From: the human T2T-CHM13v2.0 reference genome, Homo sapiens
Length of the DNA: 64,000 nucleotides
NCBI RefSeq assembly: GCF_009914755.1
Contig: NC_060940.1
Reading direction: 5' to 3' (one strand)
Under the pieces are notes generated by a model. That model did no database searches. It saw nothing but the letters and a program-made list of their open reading frames with translations, and was not told where the DNA came from. The position numbers and the translations under genes are program-made. Shown here piece by piece: positions 59,296 through 64,000 of this stretch; within the stretch, counting starts at the first letter, position 1; each line of letters opens with the position of its first letter.

Positions 59296-62200
59296 GATGA
59301 TTCCACTCGATTCCATTTGATGATTATTCCATTGGAGTCCACTTAGTGAATCCTTTAGATTCTACTCGACGGTGATTCCATTCGAGTCCATTCGATGATA
59401 CCATTCAATTCCATTCGTTGATGCTTCCATTCAAGTGCATTCGATGATATCATTCGATTCCATTTGATGATAATTCCATTTGATTCCATGCGATGATTCT
59501 ATTCGATTCCATTCAATGATAATTCCATTCAATTCAGTGATTCCTCTGGACTCCATTTGATGATGATTCCATTCAATGATTCCATTCGATTCTATTCGAA
59601 AATGATTCCATTTGAATCCATTTGATGATGATTCCATTAGATTCCATTTGATGATTCCATTCGATTCCATTCGACGATGATTCCATTCGATTCCGTTTGA
59701 TGATTCCATTCTATTCTATTCGATGATGATTCCATTCGATTCCATTCGATGATGATTGGATTCGATTCCATTTGATGATTTCATTTGATTCCATTCGTTA
59801 ATGATTTCGATCAATTCCATTCGATGATTCCATTCGATTCCATTCGATAATGATTACATCCGAGTCCATTCGATGATTCCCTTTGAGCCTGTTCGATAAT
59901 TCCATTTGAGTCCAACCAATGATTCCATTCATTTCCATTCAATGATTCCATTCGAGTCCATTTGATCATTCCGGTAGGGTCCATTCGATGTTGATTCCAT
60001 TGGAGTGCATTCGATGATTCCATTCGAGTCCATTTTAGGATTTGATTCGAGTCCTTTCGATGATTCCATTCGATTCCACTCGATGATGATTTCATTCGAG
60101 TCCATTCGACACTTCCAATCGATTCCATTTGATGATTCCATTCGAGTCCAATTGATGATTCCATTCAATTCCATTCGATGATGATTCCGTACGATTCCAT
60201 TCTGTGATGATTCCATGTGATTGCATTCAATGATGATTCCTTTCGATTGCATTCGATTATGATTCATTTCGTGTTCATTCTATGGTTCCACAGGTTTCCA
60301 TTCGTGTCCATTCCATTATTCCATTCTATTCCATTTGATGATGATTCCATTCGATTCCATTCATTGGTGATTCCACTCAATTCCATTCAATGATTCCATT
60401 CCATTTCTTTCAACAATGATTCCATTAGTTTCTAATCGATGATCCACTTGATTCCATTTGACGACGATTCCATTCTTGTCCATTCGATGATTCCATTTGA
60501 TTCCATATGATGATGATTCCATTCGATTCCATACCATGATGATTCCATTCGAGTCCATTCAATGGTGATTCCATTCAATTCCATTCGATGATTCCTTTTG
60601 ATTCCATTCGATGATGATGGCATTCGATTCCTTTCAATCATTCCCTTTGATTCCATTCAAAGGTGATTTCATTCAAGTCCATTCGATAATTGCATTCGAT
60701 TCCATTCTATGATGATTCCATTCGAGTCCATTTGATGATTCCATTCAATTCAAGTCAATGATGATTCCATTCGATTCCATTCGATGATTCCATTGGATTC
60801 CATTCGATGATGATTCCATTCAAATCCATTCGATAATTCAATTCAAGTCCATTCGATGATGATTCCAATCGAATCCATTCAAAGATTCCATTCAGTTCCA
60901 TTCGATGATTCCCTTAGATTCCATTCGATGATTCCACTTGATTGCATTTACGATGATTCCATTCGATTCCATGTGATGATTCCATTCAATTCTATTCAAT
61001 GATGTCTCCATTTGATTCCATTCGACCATGATTGCCTTTGATTCCATTCAATGATTCCATTCGGTTCCGTTTGATGATGATTCCGTTCGATTCCATTTGA
61101 TGATTCCATTTGATTCCATTGGATGAGTCCATTCGATTCCATTCGATGATTATTCCATTCGAGTGCATTAGATGATTCCATTCGAGTCCATTCGATGATT
61201 CCATTCGATTCCATTCGATGTTGATTCTGTTCAAATCCATTCGATGATTCCACTCGATTCCATTCGTTGACTCCATTTGATCCCATTCGATGATTTCCTT
61301 TGATTCCCTTTGATGATCATTCCATTTGATTCAATTCGGTGATTTCATTTGATTCCATTCAGTGATGTTTCCATTCGACTCCATTCGATGATGATTCCAT
61401 TCGACTCCATTCGATTATGATTTCATTCAATTCCATTCGATAATGATTCCCTTCGAGTCCATTCGATGATTCCATTCGATTCCATTCAACGATGATTTGA
61501 TTCGTGTCCATTCGATGATTCCATTTGATTCCACTTGATGATGATTCCATTCGAGTCCATTTGATGATTCCATTCAATTCCATACTCCGATGATTTCTTT
61601 TGAGCCCACTCAATGCTTCCACTCGATTCCATATGATGATGACTCCATTCGATGAAATTCGATGATGATTCCATTCGCTTGCTTTCGATGATGATTCCAC
61701 TTGAGTCCGTTAGAAGATTCTATTCAATTACATTCCATGACGATTCCGTTCGAGTCCATTTGATGATTCCATTAGACTCCATTCGACGATGATTCCATTC
61801 GATGTTATTCGATGATTCCATTCGATCTCATTCGATGATGATTCCATTCAACTCCATTCGATGTTTCCATTCGAGTTCATTCTATTATTCCATTAGATTC
61901 CATTCGATGATGATTCCATTCGATTCCATTTGATGATTGCATTCTATTTCATTTGATGATGATTCCATTCGAGTCCACTCGATGATTCCATTCGAGTCCA
62001 TTTAATGAATCCATTGGTTTCAATTCTATGATGATTACATTGGATTCCATTCGTTGATGATTTCATTCGGTTCCATTCAATGATGATTCCATTCAATTCC
62101 TTTCAATGTTTCCATTCAATTCCATACGATGATGATTCCATTTGATTTGATTCGACAGTGAGCCATTCGATTCAATTCCATGATGATTCTATTTGATTCA

Positions 62201-64000
62201 ATTGGTGGACATTTCCATTCGATTCCATTCGATGATGATTCCCTTTGATTCCGTTCAAAGATGATTCCATTCTAGCCCATTCAATCATTCCATTCGATTC
62301 TATTCAATGATGATTCCATTCATGTCGATTTGGTGATTCCATTTGACTTCATTTGATGATGATTCCTTTCAAGTTCATTAGATGATTCCATTCGATTCCA
62401 TTTGATGATGATCCCATTCGAGTCCATTCAGTGATTCCATTCGTTTCCATTCCATGATGATTCCATTCCTTTCCATTCAATGATTTCATTCGATTCCGTT
62501 TGATGATGATTTCATTCGAGTCCATTTGATGATTCCATTTGATTCCATTCGATGATGATTCCATTCGAGTCCATTCGATGATTCTATTCGAATCCATTTG
62601 ATGATTTCTTTTGATTATATTTGGTGATGATTCCATTGGAGTCCATTCAATGATTCCATTCTATTCCAATCGATGATGATTCCATTAGAGTCCATTTAAT
62701 GATTCCATTTGATTCCAGTCTCTGATGATTACATTCGAGTCCATACGATGATTCCACTCAATTCCATATGATGATGATTCCATTTGATTCCATTCGGTGA
62801 TTCCGTTCTATTCTATTCAATGGTGATTCCATTCGAGTACATTAGATGATTCCATTCGATTCCATTCAATGATGATTCTATTTGTGTCCCTTAGATGATT
62901 CCACATGATTCCATTAGATGATGATACTATTTGAGCCCATCCAATGATTCCCTTCGATTCCATTCGATGAGGATTCCATTCGATTCAATTCATTGGTGAT
63001 TCTATTCAATTCAATTCTTTGATTCCATTCCATTCCATTCGACAATGATTCCATTCGATTTCTTTCGATGATTCCACTCGATTCCACTTGACATTGATTC
63101 CATTCGATTCCATTCAATGATTCCATTTGATTCCAGTGGATGATGATTGCCATCGATTCCATTCGATCACTCCATTCTATTCCATTTGATGATGATTACA
63201 TTCGATTCCATTTGATGATTCCATCTGATTCTATTCGAGGATTCCATTTGATTCCATTCGATGATGATTCCATTCGAGTCCATTCGATGATTTCATTCGA
63301 GTACATCCAATGATTCCATTCGAGTCCATTAGATGATTCCATTTGATTCCATTTGAAAATGATTCTACTAGAGTCCATTCAATGACTCCATTCGAGTCCA
63401 TTCAACAATTCCATTCGACTCCATTCGATGATTCCATTCGATTCCATTTGATGGTTCCATTCGAGTCCATTTAATCATTACAGTCGAGTCCATTTGGTGA
63501 TTCCACTGGATTTCTTTTGATAATGATACCATTCAATTACATTTGATGATGATCCCATTCAATTTCATTTGATGATGATTCCATTAGAGTCCATTCGATG
63601 ATTTCATTCGAGTCCCTTCATTGATTCCATCCGATTTCATTGGATGATGACTCCATTCGAGTCCATTCGATGATTCCACTCGATTCCATTAGATGACTCC
63701 ATTGGAGTCCATTTGATTGTTCCATTCGATTCCATTCGATTCCTTTCGAAGATTATTCCATTTGAGTCCATTCGATGATGATTCCATTCCATTCCATTCG
63801 ATGATTCCGTTTGATTCCATTCGATGATTCCCTTCGATTCCTTTCTTTGATGATTCCATTCCATTCCATTCAATGATTCCATTCGAATCTATTCCATGAT
63901 GATTCCTTTCGATTCCATTCGCTGATGTTTCCGTTCAATTCCATTCGATGATGATTCCATTCGATTCCATTCATTGAGGATTCCATTTGATTCCATTCAA
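59296..64000. repeat. 6.1-kb unit U4' (partial; 6,112-type)
   Basis: ORF landmarks sit 6,112 downstream of their U3' equivalents (53817->59929, 57525->63637). Confidence 0.88.

Larger units (their letters stand above)
1..64000. repeat. Human Satellite II (HSat2/HSATII) pericentromeric array, CATTC strand on + throughout; probably the 6.1-kb-unit HSat2B (chr16-type) family
   Basis: Continuous degenerate ATTCC pentamers in 23/26-bp monomers (gattccattcgattccattcgatgat / gattccattcgagtccattcgat) with frequent CATTCGATTC, the HSat2 hallmark as opposed to the CATTCCATTC of HSat3. There is no strand switch. The family call is direct. The chr16/HSat2B assignment is inferred from the 6.1-kb period only. 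Confidence 0.96.
41368..64000. repeat. Super-repeat copy B (partial, runs off window)
   Basis: Begins with a U1-type unit, then a U2-type unit, as in copy A. Confidence 0.8.

Noticed and set aside
567-63882. All ORFs in the track (MESNGIIEWN-type peptides, 60-132 aa, all on the minus strand)
   Set aside because: These are translations of the GAATG strand, which supplies ATGs and few stops, while GATGAT fills the + strand with TGA. The frames overlap, shift freely between units and show no domain or codon signal.
1-64000. CRISPR-like repeat/spacer array
   Set aside because: The 23/26-bp repeats are contiguous degenerate monomers without unique spacers, and there are no cas genes.
1-64000. 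HSat3 (e.g. DYZ1, chr9) or alpha-satellite identity
   Set aside because: CATTCGATTC and GATGAT dominate over pure (CATTC)n runs. There is no 171-bp period or CENP-B box, and the period is 6.1 kb rather than ~3.6 kb.
1-64000. Inversion or strand-switch within the array
   Set aside because: The + strand reads CATTC-type from start to end, and I saw no GAATG-oriented block.

Overview
The whole 64 kb is one uninterrupted, single-orientation pericentromeric satellite array of the human/great-ape Satellite II (HSat2/HSATII) type. It is built from (CATTC)n-derived 23/26-bp monomers, GATTCCATTCGA(G/T)TCCATTCGAT(GAT), rich in TCGA CpGs. I see no credible genes, transposon insertions or RNA genes, and every ORF in the track is a translation artefact of the repeat. 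The structure is hierarchical. Monomers form a ~6.1-kb unit (full length 6,112 bp), a size consistent with the chr16-type HSat2B array. Six such units, one truncated unit and a ~1.83-kb diverged HSat2 'spacer' form a ~40.4-kb super-repeat, present here as one complete copy (963-41367) and the start of a second. Units next to the spacer share a divergent haplotype. Interior units show recent copy-specific tandem duplications and mosaic, conversion-like tracts. I found no new protein-coding system, so the points of interest concern satellite architecture and evolution. Unit boundaries are set at the spacer junction and were checked by indel arithmetic from the ORF-track landmarks.
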